From a virus (lineage: Duplodnaviria > Heunggongvirae > Uroviricota > Caudoviricetes): 64,000 nt of DNA. The DNA is taken from the IMG/VR virus record IMGVR_UViG_3300010882_000010; one strand, 5' to 3'. Positions 8,630 through 18,579 of this stretch are shown piece after piece (positions within the stretch are counted from its first letter, which is position 1; every line of letters begins with the position of its first letter). The translations under genes and the position numbers were made by a program. The notes under the pieces are model-generated. The model did not search any database, was not told where the DNA came from, and worked only from the letters and a program-made list of their open reading frames with translations.

Positions 8630-9778
8630 ATGAGTGAACGCAAAAATCAAGATGCAATTGACCTCTTGCAAATGAAAGTAAAAGAGGTTACGGACAATAA
8701 TCAGATTTGCCGTAATATCGAAAAATTTGAATTAAAAGACATCAAAATCAGCGATCAGATGACATATGGAAGCAAAATGCTTTCAGATGATGCAATGAAA
8801 TCTGTTTTAGATGTACTTGAAGTAAAGCCGGCTTTTAAAGAATTTCAAAAATCCATGTCTGAAAAAGATTGGGAATTAGTTTCAGACAAAATTAAAAAAG
8901 CTAAAGGTGAAACTTTTCTTTATGGTAACGTTACTGATCAAGGTATTGTTGCTGATATCTTTACAATGGATCCTAACAAGAAAAAACCGGATGATATGAC
9001 TAATAGTTTGGCTGTTATTGATATGATTCAGTATGAACTTGCCAATTCTGAATGTGACTATTCTCTTTCGGGTTTTAAATTCGATCCTGAAAAAAATCTT
9101 TTTGATGTTGAATTAACCAATGAAAGTCATCCTGTTGATCTGTTAGGAAATGATCCTTGGAAGACTGGTAATCGTTTCATTTTCAATAGTTTAAGCTTTC
9201 AATCAGCGCCCCACTTTATCCGTCAAATCTGTACTAATGGAATGCACAAAAAAGAGTTTGGTTTTCATTCAGATATCTCTAAAAAATCTTTCAATAACAA
9301 CAAAATTGAAAAGATAATTGGAAATGCTTTACACTCTATCAATGAAACTCATTATCAACTATTAGAAGAGTATTCATCAAGATTGAGAAACAATAACATC
9401 TCTTTAGATGAATTTTACGGACACAAACTTTGGTTCAATAAAGGCGAACGTAAAGAGTCCGAGTATGATATGATGATGGAAAAATACTTTGACGAGGCTC
9501 CATTCTACAAAACATATGGATTACCGGTTAATGAACAACCAAAAACTTGGCTTAGAACAGCAGATTCTGGAATTAATGCTTATGATTTTGTGAACTTGTT
9601 AACTTGGATTGCAAGTCATCCAGAAACTTCTGGTTTAAGTGAAAAAGATAGTTTAGGTTTGAAAATTATGGCAGGTAACTTGTTTTTCAAAGAAAATCTT
9701 GATCTTGTTAATTTAGCACCTCGCAAAACACCAGAGTACAAGAGATTTGAATATCCGATACTTGCTGAGATGAAATAA
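8630..9778 (+). CDS. DUF932-like protein
   Basis: RQICTNGM motif. Start moved from TTG 8576 to ATG 8630 because the promoter overlaps the extension. Confidence 0.55.
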   Translation: MSERKNQDAIDLLQMKVKEVTDNNQICRNIEKFELKDIKISDQMTYGSKMLSDDAMKSVLDVLEVKPAFKEFQKSMSEKDWELVSDKIKKAKGETFLYGNVTDQGIVADIFTMDPNKKKPDDMTNSLAVIDMIQYELANSECDYSLSGFKFDPEKNLFDVELTNESHPVDLLGNDPWKTGNRFIFNSLSFQSAPHFIRQICTNGMHKKEFGFHSDISKKSFNNNKIEKIIGNALHSINETHYQLLEEYSSRLRNNNISLDEFYGHKLWFNKGERKESEYDMMMEKYFDEAPFYKTYGLPVNEQPKTWLRTADSGINAYDFVNLLTWIASHPETSGLSEKDSLGLKIMAGNLFFKENLDLVNLAPRKTPEYKRFEYPILAEMK

Positions 9779-9839
9779 TCAAAAAAAATTACTATAATAA
9801 CTCAACTAACTAACAATTACTAACTTAACTAAAGCCCGG

Positions 9840-9873
9840 AAACAAGAGATAACTTAAAATTGTCTCTTGTTTT
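9840..9873 (+). terminator. Intrinsic terminator
   Basis: 13-bp stem AAACAAGAGATAA/TTGTCTCTTGTTT with a 7-nt loop. Confidence 0.7.
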
Positions 9874-9923
9874 CATTAAAAGCAAAGCGCTAAAAAAGCG
9901 AAATTAAAAAGACATGACTATTA

Positions 9924-11012
9924 ATGGAAATGTCAAAAAAAATATCGGTTAAAATCGGTCAAACCGAAGTTGGAAAAATTAATGAAAATGATGTGCAAAC
10001 AATTTCACAATTAACCAATATTACAAAAAATGCAGAATACAAAGAAATTATCATTAATTGTTTTGTTAATGAAATTAACATAGTAAACTTGAATGATGAT
10101 AAAAAAGAAACAGTAAGTGAGGATCTTTATTTAGCCATCTCTTCCGAAGAAAATAATTGTAAACAATTAGCTAATTATCTTCAAAATCGTACTATTTTAC
10201 TAGAAAATTTCATAGGAAGAAAATTTAACATAGAAGAAATTAACAATCAGATTGGAATTACTTCTAAAAAAACAGCAACAAAGTTTTTTAAGTACAATTG
10301 GTCATCTTCTCCAACAATGGGACAAGGTGAAATTTATCTTTCAACAATTTTTAAAGATGGCAGAAAACCAATACCTGGACAAGAAAAAGGTGATATTAAA
10401 ATTGGTAATACTATTGTTGAATGTAAAGGAACGAATGGAAGATTATCAGGTCAACATGGATATGGAACAGCAAGAGATATGAGAGGTTCTTTTTCTAAAA
10501 TGATTGAATGGATTGCAATAGAAGCTGGACTTTTAGATTACAAAGTACTTGATACAGGAGAAGAAACATTTTGGAGTATTGCAAAAAATCAAAAGCGCGG
10601 AATAGAAAAAAATTTAATGAATATCGTAGAACTTAGAGAAAAAGAATTTACTCGTGAATTTCGTTCTATTATTTCACTTAAAATTGTTGAAGCATGGAAA
10701 AGAGGCTATCTTTTAGATATTAAGGTAAATGACTACAAAGATTTTTTTACTGATACAATACGAAATGATGGATCAATTGATAAACATGCTTTTTGCTTAG
10801 CAACTTTAGAAATGATGTTTCTTTATTATCATGAAATGGAAAAGTTTAATTACTTAGCAATGGTTAATACTAAATCAGGTAATGTTTTGATAATAGAACC
10901 TAAAGATTTCATGGATTATGTTAGAGCTGGTAAAATTTTACTTACTGGTACACCATCTTTTACAGATAGAGCGGGTAATCAAGGTGGAGTTTGTGGAATT
11001 TCAATTAAGTAA
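9924..11012 (+). CDS. PD-(D/E)xK restriction-endonuclease-like protein
   Basis: GQGEI...GDIKIGNTIVECKG catalytic-type motif. Confidence 0.55.
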   Translation: MEMSKKISVKIGQTEVGKINENDVQTISQLTNITKNAEYKEIIINCFVNEINIVNLNDDKKETVSEDLYLAISSEENNCKQLANYLQNRTILLENFIGRKFNIEEINNQIGITSKKTATKFFKYNWSSSPTMGQGEIYLSTIFKDGRKPIPGQEKGDIKIGNTIVECKGTNGRLSGQHGYGTARDMRGSFSKMIEWIAIEAGLLDYKVLDTGEETFWSIAKNQKRGIEKNLMNIVELREKEFTREFRSIISLKIVEAWKRGYLLDIKVNDYKDFFTDTIRNDGSIDKHAFCLATLEMMFLYYHEMEKFNYLAMVNTKSGNVLIIEPKDFMDYVRAGKILLTGTPSFTDRAGNQGGVCGISIK

Positions 11013-11029
11013 CAGAGTTTTGAAAAAGT

Positions 11030-11045
11030 GGAATAGATAGTAAAA
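11030..11045 (+). promoter_or_regulatory. Late-type promoter GGAATAGATAGTAAAA
   Basis: Consensus copy 13 nt before ATG 11059. Confidence 0.7.
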
Positions 11046-11058
11046 GAGGTTTACTATC

Positions 11059-11487
11059 ATGGGCAGAAAATCTTTTCATTATGATCAAGAAAGATTTAGT
11101 TGGTCTGAAATGTTTGCTAATGCAGAAACAGGTAAAACATCAGCAACAGGATTTACTGGTGTAATTTGTATTGGAGTTGGTTTACTTGGATTTATTGCAA
11201 GTTTTGTTTTCATGTTTTTGAACAAAAGATTAGGTGAAGCAAGTGGTGAAGCAATTTATCAGTCCATAATTTTAATTACAATAGGTGCAGCTTTACTTGG
11301 TGTTCGTAAACTTTCATTTTCAAAAGCAGGAGTGAATGCAGCAGATGATTATGTTGACAAACCGAGTACTGGAAATTCAGGTAATAATTCAGGAAATAAC
11401 AATAATTCCGGAGGTACAACCACAAAACCTAAAGCAAGTACAGCACCTCTAGAATATTATGATGGGGGTAGTTACTATGATAGTTAA
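11059..11487 (+). CDS. Two-TM membrane protein, holin-like
   Basis: Two hydrophobic helices, a low-complexity GNNS tail and a late promoter. Confidence 0.45.
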   Translation: MGRKSFHYDQERFSWSEMFANAETGKTSATGFTGVICIGVGLLGFIASFVFMFLNKRLGEASGEAIYQSIILITIGAALLGVRKLSFSKAGVNAADDYVDKPSTGNSGNNSGNNNNSGGTTTKPKASTAPLEYYDGGSYYDS

Positions 11488-11848
11488 AGGTTTTCAAACT
11501 TTTGAAGAGTTTCTTACTGAAAAATGGGGTGAATCTAAGTTACAAAAAGAACTACAACAAAAGTACAAAGATGTAATTAAATCTTTAACTATTCATGAAA
11601 ATGATGATTGTATTGACCTTAATTTTATTGTGATAAAGTCGGATGAAAGAGAAAAAGGATGGGGAGAGAAAATAATGAAGGATATTATTGCATACTCTGA
11701 AAAAGTTAAAAAACCTATCATACTTTCACCAGAAGACAGTCATGGAACTGAATTAACAAAACTAGAAAATTGGTACCGAAAGTTTGGATTTGAGTATGAA
11801 GATGGACAAAAGTATGGATATCTTTTTTGTATGGTACGAAATCCTTAA
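11477..11848 (+). CDS. GNAT acetyltransferase with capsid-targeting-like N-terminus
   Basis: REKGWG (motif A) and WYRKFGF (motif B). N-terminus from ATG 11477 is MIVKGFQTFEEFLTE. Confidence 0.75.
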   Translation: MIVKGFQTFEEFLTEKWGESKLQKELQQKYKDVIKSLTIHENDDCIDLNFIVIKSDEREKGWGEKIMKDIIAYSEKVKKPIILSPEDSHGTELTKLENWYRKFGFEYEDGQKYGYLFCMVRNP

Positions 11849-11853
11849 AAACT

Positions 11854-11882
11854 AAAACTTTTCTTTAATTCTGTGTAATAAT
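11854..11882 (+). promoter_or_regulatory. Early/middle-type promoter AAAACTTTT-N13-TAATAAT
   Basis: Exact motif and spacing. Confidence 0.7.
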
Positions 11883-11900
11883 CAAAAAGATTTAAAACAC

Positions 11901-12509
11901 ATGAAGATATTGGATTTTATCACTAAGTACGATCTAGGTTGGAAAGATACTGTTTACTTTTCTAAAATGACTGAAACTCAACTTAATGAGTTTAAAACTT
12001 GTGAAGAGTTTGCAGACGTTAAAACGTTTAATGTTACTGATCCAAATGACAGTTTTTTTCAAAATAATGCAATTGATTTTAGATTAGTACCATTAAAAGA
12101 TACTACAACTTTTAACAAACGGATTAATCTTGTTTCTATTAACATCTTTGGACCATTTGGAAATCATGATGTTTACGATTTGCCAGATGGATTTTCAATG
12201 TTTCGGTTTGTTGATGAAAAAGAACTAAAAAACAAAGGTGGTTTAGTTTTCAAGTTTGATTACAATGAAGTTTCAAAAAATCTTCTTTCTACTGATGAAA
12301 TCAGATTTACAATTGCAAAATACTTGAAAGAATTTAGTGAAGATTTAAGTAGTAAAAAACTTGATGAAGACAAGTTTCATCAGTATTACTATTTAATTGG
12401 AATTCGTTGCCACAAAGATTCTATTCTTGAAGATACAACAGTTTTGGGTGAGACAATTAAAGTTCCTGAAAAGAACATCACAAAAGAATTGAAAATTTTT
12501 CCAGCTTAA
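11901..12509 (+). CDS. Hypothetical protein
   Basis: 202-aa ORF behind the promoter. Confidence 0.7.
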   Translation: MKILDFITKYDLGWKDTVYFSKMTETQLNEFKTCEEFADVKTFNVTDPNDSFFQNNAIDFRLVPLKDTTTFNKRINLVSINIFGPFGNHDVYDLPDGFSMFRFVDEKELKNKGGLVFKFDYNEVSKNLLSTDEIRFTIAKYLKEFSEDLSSKKLDEDKFHQYYYLIGIRCHKDSILEDTTVLGETIKVPEKNITKELKIFPA

Positions 12510-12847
12510 TGCCACATCATGTTAATTTTGATACACTCGAAAATCAACTTTCTGATGTTGATATAATGGATATTGATGTAATTGGTTGGAAAAAACCATT
12601 ACAAATTGAGTATGTCTATGTGAAAGATCATGTTAACAAATTGTTTTGGCGTGTAAAAGGAACAACGCATACTTTTACTATCGAATTAGAACAACTTAAC
12701 AAAATTTCACAGGGGGATTATGTTCTTCATTTTCAACAGGCTTTAACAGTTTTTCGAGATGATTTAATCAAATGGGCAGCAGAAGGATTAACAGAAAAAT
12801 GGATGCGAGAATATCTTTACATGTACAAAAATTACATCATACTATAA
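12509..12847 (+). CDS. Hypothetical protein
   Basis: 112 aa; TAATG coupling. Confidence 0.7.
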   Translation: MPHHVNFDTLENQLSDVDIMDIDVIGWKKPLQIEYVYVKDHVNKLFWRVKGTTHTFTIELEQLNKISQGDYVLHFQQALTVFRDDLIKWAAEGLTEKWMREYLYMYKNYIIL

Positions 12848-13431
12848 TGGAACAAAACAAAGTATCGAAAGAAGAAAAAATGGAAATTCTACCTGAAGAT
12901 AGAATTATGCTAAAGCCTGGTGCTTTTGCAGACGATTATTATCCAACAGAAGAAGAATATCAGCAAATGACACAAGGGAATGGAAGTGCAAATTTAGGAA
13001 ATGCAAACAGGATTCCACATCCTAATGAAATTGCTTTAAACCCAGATTATGCAGTAAAACCACCAATAGTAAAAAGAGAAAAAGTTAATCCATTATTAGC
13101 TGGAATTCCAACAGAAGGTGAATCTCAAAAAAGAAAGAAAAATGCTTTATTAGATGGAATTGAAGAGGAAAATTTTAAACAAAAAGCGCCTGTTAATCCA
13201 GATTTAGAATTAATTACTAGATTATTGACTAATTGTAAAAAATCTGAGTTTGAAATTGATTTCAATCTTAAAGTAAAATTACCATACATCAAATTTTTCG
13301 ATATTTTTGATGATGATTTTGTGAACAAAAATGAAGAATTGATTTTTGATGAAATTACAAAGTTGATAGATCAAAAGTTAATAACAGAACAACTAAAAGA
13401 AAAAGTAAAGGAAATCTACGATGTACAATAG
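12847..13431 (+). CDS. Hypothetical protein
   Basis: ATG 12847 (TAATG coupling, MEQNK...) preferred over 12772. Confidence 0.7.
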   Translation: MEQNKVSKEEKMEILPEDRIMLKPGAFADDYYPTEEEYQQMTQGNGSANLGNANRIPHPNEIALNPDYAVKPPIVKREKVNPLLAGIPTEGESQKRKKNALLDGIEEENFKQKAPVNPDLELITRLLTNCKKSEFEIDFNLKVKLPYIKFFDIFDDDFVNKNEELIFDEITKLIDQKLITEQLKEKVKEIYDVQ

Positions 13432-13747
13432 ACATGAGCGCAGGAAAATAGCCAAAAATCTTGGAATGACTAAAGAAAAAATGGCAAAAGAAAATGGTGA
13501 AACAGTTGAAGAAATCACAAGAAGAATGATTGCAGCAGGTAAACAGATTCATCAAAATAATAAAGAAGAAGTTTTAAATGCACAAATTAAAGCAGAAGCT
13601 GAAAAAGAAGCTAAGATTTTGCAAAGTTTAATGGAACCAACAAAAGATAGAAGGGGTAAAGTACTTAAAGAAGGTCTAAGTTATGAAGAAGCTATGAAGA
13701 TGATAAAGCATAATCGTCAATTAGACATGAAAAAACAGGGCTTCTAG
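13421..13747 (+). CDS. Basic helical hypothetical protein
   Basis: 108 aa with an NRHERRK start motif. Confidence 0.65.
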   Translation: MYNRHERRKIAKNLGMTKEKMAKENGETVEEITRRMIAAGKQIHQNNKEEVLNAQIKAEAEKEAKILQSLMEPTKDRRGKVLKEGLSYEEAMKMIKHNRQLDMKKQGF

Positions 13748-13753
13748 AAAGTA

Positions 13754-13766
13754 GAATAAATAGTAG
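13754..13766 (+). promoter_or_regulatory. Late-type promoter GAATAAATAGTAG
   Basis: Motif copy upstream of 13784. Confidence 0.6.
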
Positions 13767-13783
13767 AAAATAGCAATAGTTTA

Positions 13784-14260
13784 ATGAAATTCTACTTTTC
13801 ATCAGAACCGGCAGAATTTGTTCGGTCTTCTTTTTTTGTGAATAATGGTTTAATTGTAATAGATCCAAATGAGATTGTGGAAGAATTTGAAACAATTAAA
13901 AACATGAAGCACTTTGGATTTCTTGTTAATGAAGAGTTAAAAGCAAGGATAATTAATTCAATAGAACGGAAAAAGAATGCAATAGTTGTTTACACTAATG
14001 AACATCTTGATTGTGAAATCATTGAAAGTGTAAAACTGTTTTTGTTGGAAAGAAAAAAACATGTTACTTTTGCTTACATCAAGAAAGAAGATTCAGAAGA
14101 AAAAGAATACTATCATCTGTTTGATGAGATAATTCATTTTCCAAAAGCAAAAAAAGGAAAGTTAATTGAATGTGAACCGATAAAAAGTCCATTATTTTAT
14201 TGGGCAAATGGTTTTAAGAAGCCGAAATTTCTAAAAGAAACTAAAAATCCTCAATCTTAA
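13784..14260 (+). CDS. Hypothetical protein
   Basis: 158-aa ORF between a promoter and a terminator. Confidence 0.7.
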   Translation: MKFYFSSEPAEFVRSSFFVNNGLIVIDPNEIVEEFETIKNMKHFGFLVNEELKARIINSIERKKNAIVVYTNEHLDCEIIESVKLFLLERKKHVTFAYIKKEDSEEKEYYHLFDEIIHFPKAKKGKLIECEPIKSPLFYWANGFKKPKFLKETKNPQS

Positions 14261-14274
14261 GTTGGGGATTTTTT
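14243..14274 (+). terminator. Intrinsic terminator
   Basis: Stem AAAAATCCTCAA/TTGGGGATTTTT plus T-tract. Confidence 0.7.
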
Positions 14275-14290
14275 GATTGCATGAAATCCT

Positions 14291-14306
14291 GGAATAAATA
14301 GTAAAA
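14291..14306 (+). promoter_or_regulatory. Late-type promoter GGAATAAATAGTAAAA
   Basis: Exact consensus heading the baseplate operon. Confidence 0.75.
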
Positions 14307-14317
14307 AGTACTGTACA

Positions 14318-16513
14318 ATGGAAGAAGAAATGGATGTAATGGGTCCAGAGCCTCAAAAAGAAGGTAATTGGTGGAGAGTCTATGCTAGAATAGGACCAAA
14401 GTATGATTTTATTGGTATTGGTACTGAAAATGCTGGACAAAGAACAGGTTGGACATTTTCATATGTTCCAAGAAATGAAGATGGTAGTTTACCAGAAGGA
14501 TACAATGTTGCAAAGCCGGCAAGTACAAAACCGGAACCTAAAGAAGATGGTTTTGTTAATCCTCCAATGGCAGAATCTTTAGTAGCAGAAGAACCTAAAA
14601 GAGGTGAAAAAGCACAGAATAATCCAAGCGATCCAAGATTAAACAATATCTTTGTTCAAAAAGATGACAATGGTTTCTATGAAATTAGAAGACCTTACTA
14701 TTCTGAAGATATGGATGATGGTTCAGCAGGATTACACGATAGAGAGAATGCAAAGAAAGAAAAAACTAACAATGAAACTAAAGGTGTACCATCTTTAATT
14801 AACAAGTTTGCAATTGTTAGATTAAAAGGAGCATACACAGATGAAACCGACAAAGCATACTCTTTAATTGATACACCAGGAAAAAGGCGTTGGTATGAAG
14901 ATTTTGATTTTGGGGGACCAATTGATAACAGAAATCTAAATTTACCAGGATATTCAAAAGATGTTACAGTTTCTAAATTAATTGATTTTGGTTTAGCAAA
15001 TCCAAGAGGAGTTACACCATACAACTATTCAGATTTTGCATATTGCACTTACTTTAATCGAATTCCTAACAATTACTTGATTACTTTAAGAAGATTTGCA
15101 GTTCCTACTTTTGATTCACTTGATTTTCCGTTTTTTACCGATACTTCAAAGATAATTAAAGGAAGTGAAACTGGCACAGTAAAAGATAAAGATGGCAAAG
15201 AAGTTAAAAAAACAATGCCTACTATTAAAGTTGAGAATGATAAATCAGAACCTACAATTGATAAACAATTAAAGTCTCCTCCAATTGCACAAGCAATAAC
15301 GTGGTTAGGTGATGTAACAGATAACAAATTAAGTTCTTTACTTTCATTTTCTTGTGGATTAGGTTGGAAGCCATTAAAAGCAAAAGTTAATGAAAATAGT
15401 GAACAGATGGATGATCCTGCGAGTTCAAATCTTCCGGGGTGGATGAAAGGATTTGCAAGTTCTTTAGCAATGCTAGAAGCTAATGTTGCGGGTAAAGGTG
15501 CTAATATTCATTCAGGTACACCTCCAGATCCCTATGAAGATGGTCCATATGCAAATAGAGTAATTGGTCCTGTTAATAAGATTGATTCTGTAATGCAAAG
15601 AGACGATGATGGATTAAAATTTGACCACAAACTTTCTCTTAATTTTCATTACAGTTCTCGTTCAATAGGTAACATCAATTCTAAAGCAGCAATGCTTGAT
15701 ATAATATCAAACTTTTTGTTACTTTGTTACAGTTCTGCACCATTTTGGGGCGGTGTAAACAGATTTAGAGGTTCAGCACAAGCATATCCTTGGAAAAAAG
15801 GTATGGCAGCAATTTACTCAGGAAATCCAGCAAAAGCGCTGAATGCTATTACACACAGTTTGTCTAATATTGGATCAGCACTTACCGATATGTTAAACAA
15901 TATCTTGCAGAATCCAATTGAGGGATTAAAAGCACTTGCTGGAAATGTTGGACAAAAATTATTCCAACATCAATTAGCAGGTAAAGCGCCAATGTTTAAA
16001 GGAATGCGCGCACTTTTAACAGGAGAACCTGTGGGAGATTGGCACTTAGTAATTGGTAATCCATTTAATCCTATTATGATGATAGGAAATTTAGTTTGCA
16101 CCGGTTGTGATTTTAAGTTTAATGATGAACTTAGTGCTGATGATTTTCCAACAGAGATGACTGTTACAGTTACTTTAGAACATGGAATGCCACGTGATAG
16201 AATTGCAATTGAATCCATGTTTAATAAAGGATCTGGTAGAATTTACGCTTTACCTGATGGATTAGAACAAAGTTTGTCTTCTAATAATGAAACAGGTGTG
16301 GATAAGAATACAGGAACAAGAAATCCTTACGTAAACAAAGTAATGGGGGTTGACAAATTAAGTAATACTACAAATGGAATTAAAGGTAAAGCACAATTTG
16401 ATCAAATTGTAGACAGTACGCAAAAAGCAAAAAAGGTAGCAGTGGATCAAGGAACAAGACTAGCAGCAATAATGGAAATGGGATATGGATCCTATGGAGA
16501 AGGTAAAAAATAA
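14318..16513 (+). CDS. Virion/baseplate protein (possibly gp48-like tube initiator)
   Basis: First gene of the late operon, before gp53- and hub-like genes; tube-like C-terminal beta-strands (FPTEMTVTVTL). Confidence 0.45.
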   Translation: MEEEMDVMGPEPQKEGNWWRVYARIGPKYDFIGIGTENAGQRTGWTFSYVPRNEDGSLPEGYNVAKPASTKPEPKEDGFVNPPMAESLVAEEPKRGEKAQNNPSDPRLNNIFVQKDDNGFYEIRRPYYSEDMDDGSAGLHDRENAKKEKTNNETKGVPSLINKFAIVRLKGAYTDETDKAYSLIDTPGKRRWYEDFDFGGPIDNRNLNLPGYSKDVTVSKLIDFGLANPRGVTPYNYSDFAYCTYFNRIPNNYLITLRRFAVPTFDSLDFPFFTDTSKIIKGSETGTVKDKDGKEVKKTMPTIKVENDKSEPTIDKQLKSPPIAQAITWLGDVTDNKLSSLLSFSCGLGWKPLKAKVNENSEQMDDPASSNLPGWMKGFASSLAMLEANVAGKGANIHSGTPPDPYEDGPYANRVIGPVNKIDSVMQRDDDGLKFDHKLSLNFHYSSRSIGNINSKAAMLDIISNFLLLCYSSAPFWGGVNRFRGSAQAYPWKKGMAAIYSGNPAKALNAITHSLSNIGSALTDMLNNILQNPIEGLKALAGNVGQKLFQHQLAGKAPMFKGMRALLTGEPVGDWHLVIGNPFNPIMMIGNLVCTGCDFKFNDELSADDFPTEMTVTVTLEHGMPRDRIAIESMFNKGSGRIYALPDGLEQSLSSNNETGVDKNTGTRNPYVNKVMGVDKLSNTTNGIKGKAQFDQIVDSTQKAKKVAVDQGTRLAAIMEMGYGSYGEGKK

Positions 16514-16522
16514 TAACAGAAG

Positions 16523-17095
16523 ATGAGATTTCCAAAAACAGTTGAAAGTAAGCCTATTATTACTGATAAAAACGGTGAGGCTATTAGAGATTTGACAACT
16601 CAATCTTTAAAGGATAATGAGTTCATCTATGTTGATATGATGGCAGTTCCGCGCGATTTTATTATGAGACCTGAATTAATTGCACATCTTAGAATGGGTA
16701 ATGTTGATAAACTTGAAATTTTATTGAAAGCCAATGAAATTTCAAATCCATTTTCAATTGATGAAAATGATATCATGTTAATTCCAGAAGTAATTACTTC
16801 AGATAAAAAGTTTGTTACAGAATTAGTGGGTGGTGATGTTAGAAAAATCATTAAAAAACAGTACATTGATCCCAAGAAATCTGATATCAAAAATACCGGA
16901 GATAACTATGAAGATTACAGAGATAGAGAAAAAACAATGTTACCTCCTAATTATGCAAAAGAAGATGATAAAGAGTTTGTTCTCACAGGTGGTAAAATTG
17001 TATTAGGTCCTTATGTAACCAAGAAAGCATACAAAGGAGATGTACCATTAGCAAAACAAAGATTTCTAGAAAAAATGCAAGAGTTAAGAAAGTAA
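16523..17095 (+). CDS. Baseplate wedge protein, T4 gp53/LysM-like
   Basis: RPELIAH..MG....EILLKANEISNPF.I.....IP signature. Confidence 0.7.
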   Translation: MRFPKTVESKPIITDKNGEAIRDLTTQSLKDNEFIYVDMMAVPRDFIMRPELIAHLRMGNVDKLEILLKANEISNPFSIDENDIMLIPEVITSDKKFVTELVGGDVRKIIKKQYIDPKKSDIKNTGDNYEDYRDREKTMLPPNYAKEDDKEFVLTGGKIVLGPYVTKKAYKGDVPLAKQRFLEKMQELRK

Positions 17096-17096
17096 A

Positions 17097-18566
17097 ATGG
17101 GTAAAACAATAGCAAGTCTTTTCGAACCAACAATTGAACTCGATGAACAGGTAATGACCGACTATTCATATGGTAGCGCTGGAATTGATCCAAGTGCATA
17201 TCCAGCCAATGAATTCAGAGGTGTAGATTTTCCGCACATCAATGTTAACGATTACACTTTTGGTGCAGAAGAGATAATGAAGTTTAATATCGACTGTACT
17301 GGAATTGTACCAAAGGTCTTCATTAAGGTTGTTTTGGCGACCTCTGGTGAGTTTTTATCCAAATCTATGCCAATGGACGGAGATATTGTTTCGGTGTACG
17401 TACGAGGTAAAGATGACCTTTTTAAGCCTATTCGAAATGACTATTTGATAACATCTGTGAGTACAATGGCAACACAAGATACATCAGCAGAAGGAGCCGG
17501 AAGTATTATCTCAATTGAAGGAGATTTAAACATTCCCGGTCTTTATGATGAAACCATTTTTTCAGAACAGGGAACATCTTTTGAAGTTATGAAGAAACTT
17601 GCAGAACAGATGGGATTAGGATTTGCAACAAATGAAGATAATACCGATGATGAAATGAATTGGATTTGTGCCAATGATACTAAGTTAGAATTCATGAAAC
17701 ATGTTACAGGTGCAGCTTGGAAAGATGAGACAAGTTTTTTTACTTTTTTTATTGACATGTACTATCATCTTAATTTTGTGAATGTTAATGATTTAATTAC
17801 CTATGATGCAAGTACTTTATTAGCACTTGCAGAGAATACAATGAGTGGAGGACAGTATGGTGAAGAAGAAACAGGAAAAGGTTTAATGGAAAAATGCTTT
17901 ACCAACCATTCAAATCAAAGAAGTTCAAATTTCTACGTTAATAATTTTAAACCTATTAACAACTCTTCACAAATTTCAAAGAATTATGGTTATGCACTGA
18001 ATACAATTTTCTATGATCATATTGGAAAAGAAGAGTGGCAATTACAAGCAAAAAGTTTGGTAACAGAAGGTGCTGAATCTCAAAAGGTTTTATTAAGGGG
18101 AAGAGCAAATGACGATAGTTACAATAATCAACAAAAGTACAACTATGTTGGTATTCAATACAATCATAGTGAACTAGAAAATTCTAATGTTCATGAGAAT
18201 TTTTACTTTGCAAGAGCACACAATATGATGAATAATTTAGAAATGGACAAAGTAAACTTAGAGGTAAAAATCAACAAGTTTAATCTTAATATCTACCGAT
18301 ATGAAAATGTGCCCGCGATTTTCTTTGTAACAAGTGATATCAAAAGAATGAAAGAATTGTCAGATGATGAAGAACAAGTTGATCCAACATCTGATGATCC
18401 AGAAACAGTACCAATTGCCGTAGATAGAGTGTACACTGGACATTATCTTGTTAAAGGACTGACTATTGTATTCAGTCCAACAGGTCAAGAATCTCCACAA
18501 GATTCCGGAATAACAGAAACTTTGGTATTAAGTAGAAGAGAGTGGCCAAGTCCATCAGGAGTTTAA
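17097..18566 (+). CDS. Baseplate hub protein (gp27/gpD-like)
   Basis: Position next to gp53-like; hub-like pattern (TSFEVMKKLA, YTGHYLVKG, LSRREW). Confidence 0.55.
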   Translation: MGKTIASLFEPTIELDEQVMTDYSYGSAGIDPSAYPANEFRGVDFPHINVNDYTFGAEEIMKFNIDCTGIVPKVFIKVVLATSGEFLSKSMPMDGDIVSVYVRGKDDLFKPIRNDYLITSVSTMATQDTSAEGAGSIISIEGDLNIPGLYDETIFSEQGTSFEVMKKLAEQMGLGFATNEDNTDDEMNWICANDTKLEFMKHVTGAAWKDETSFFTFFIDMYYHLNFVNVNDLITYDASTLLALAENTMSGGQYGEEETGKGLMEKCFTNHSNQRSSNFYVNNFKPINNSSQISKNYGYALNTIFYDHIGKEEWQLQAKSLVTEGAESQKVLLRGRANDDSYNNQQKYNYVGIQYNHSELENSNVHENFYFARAHNMMNNLEMDKVNLEVKINKFNLNIYRYENVPAIFFVTSDIKRMKELSDDEEQVDPTSDDPETVPIAVDRVYTGHYLVKGLTIVFSPTGQESPQDSGITETLVLSRREWPSPSGV

Positions 18567-18579
18567 AATTTGAGTAATA

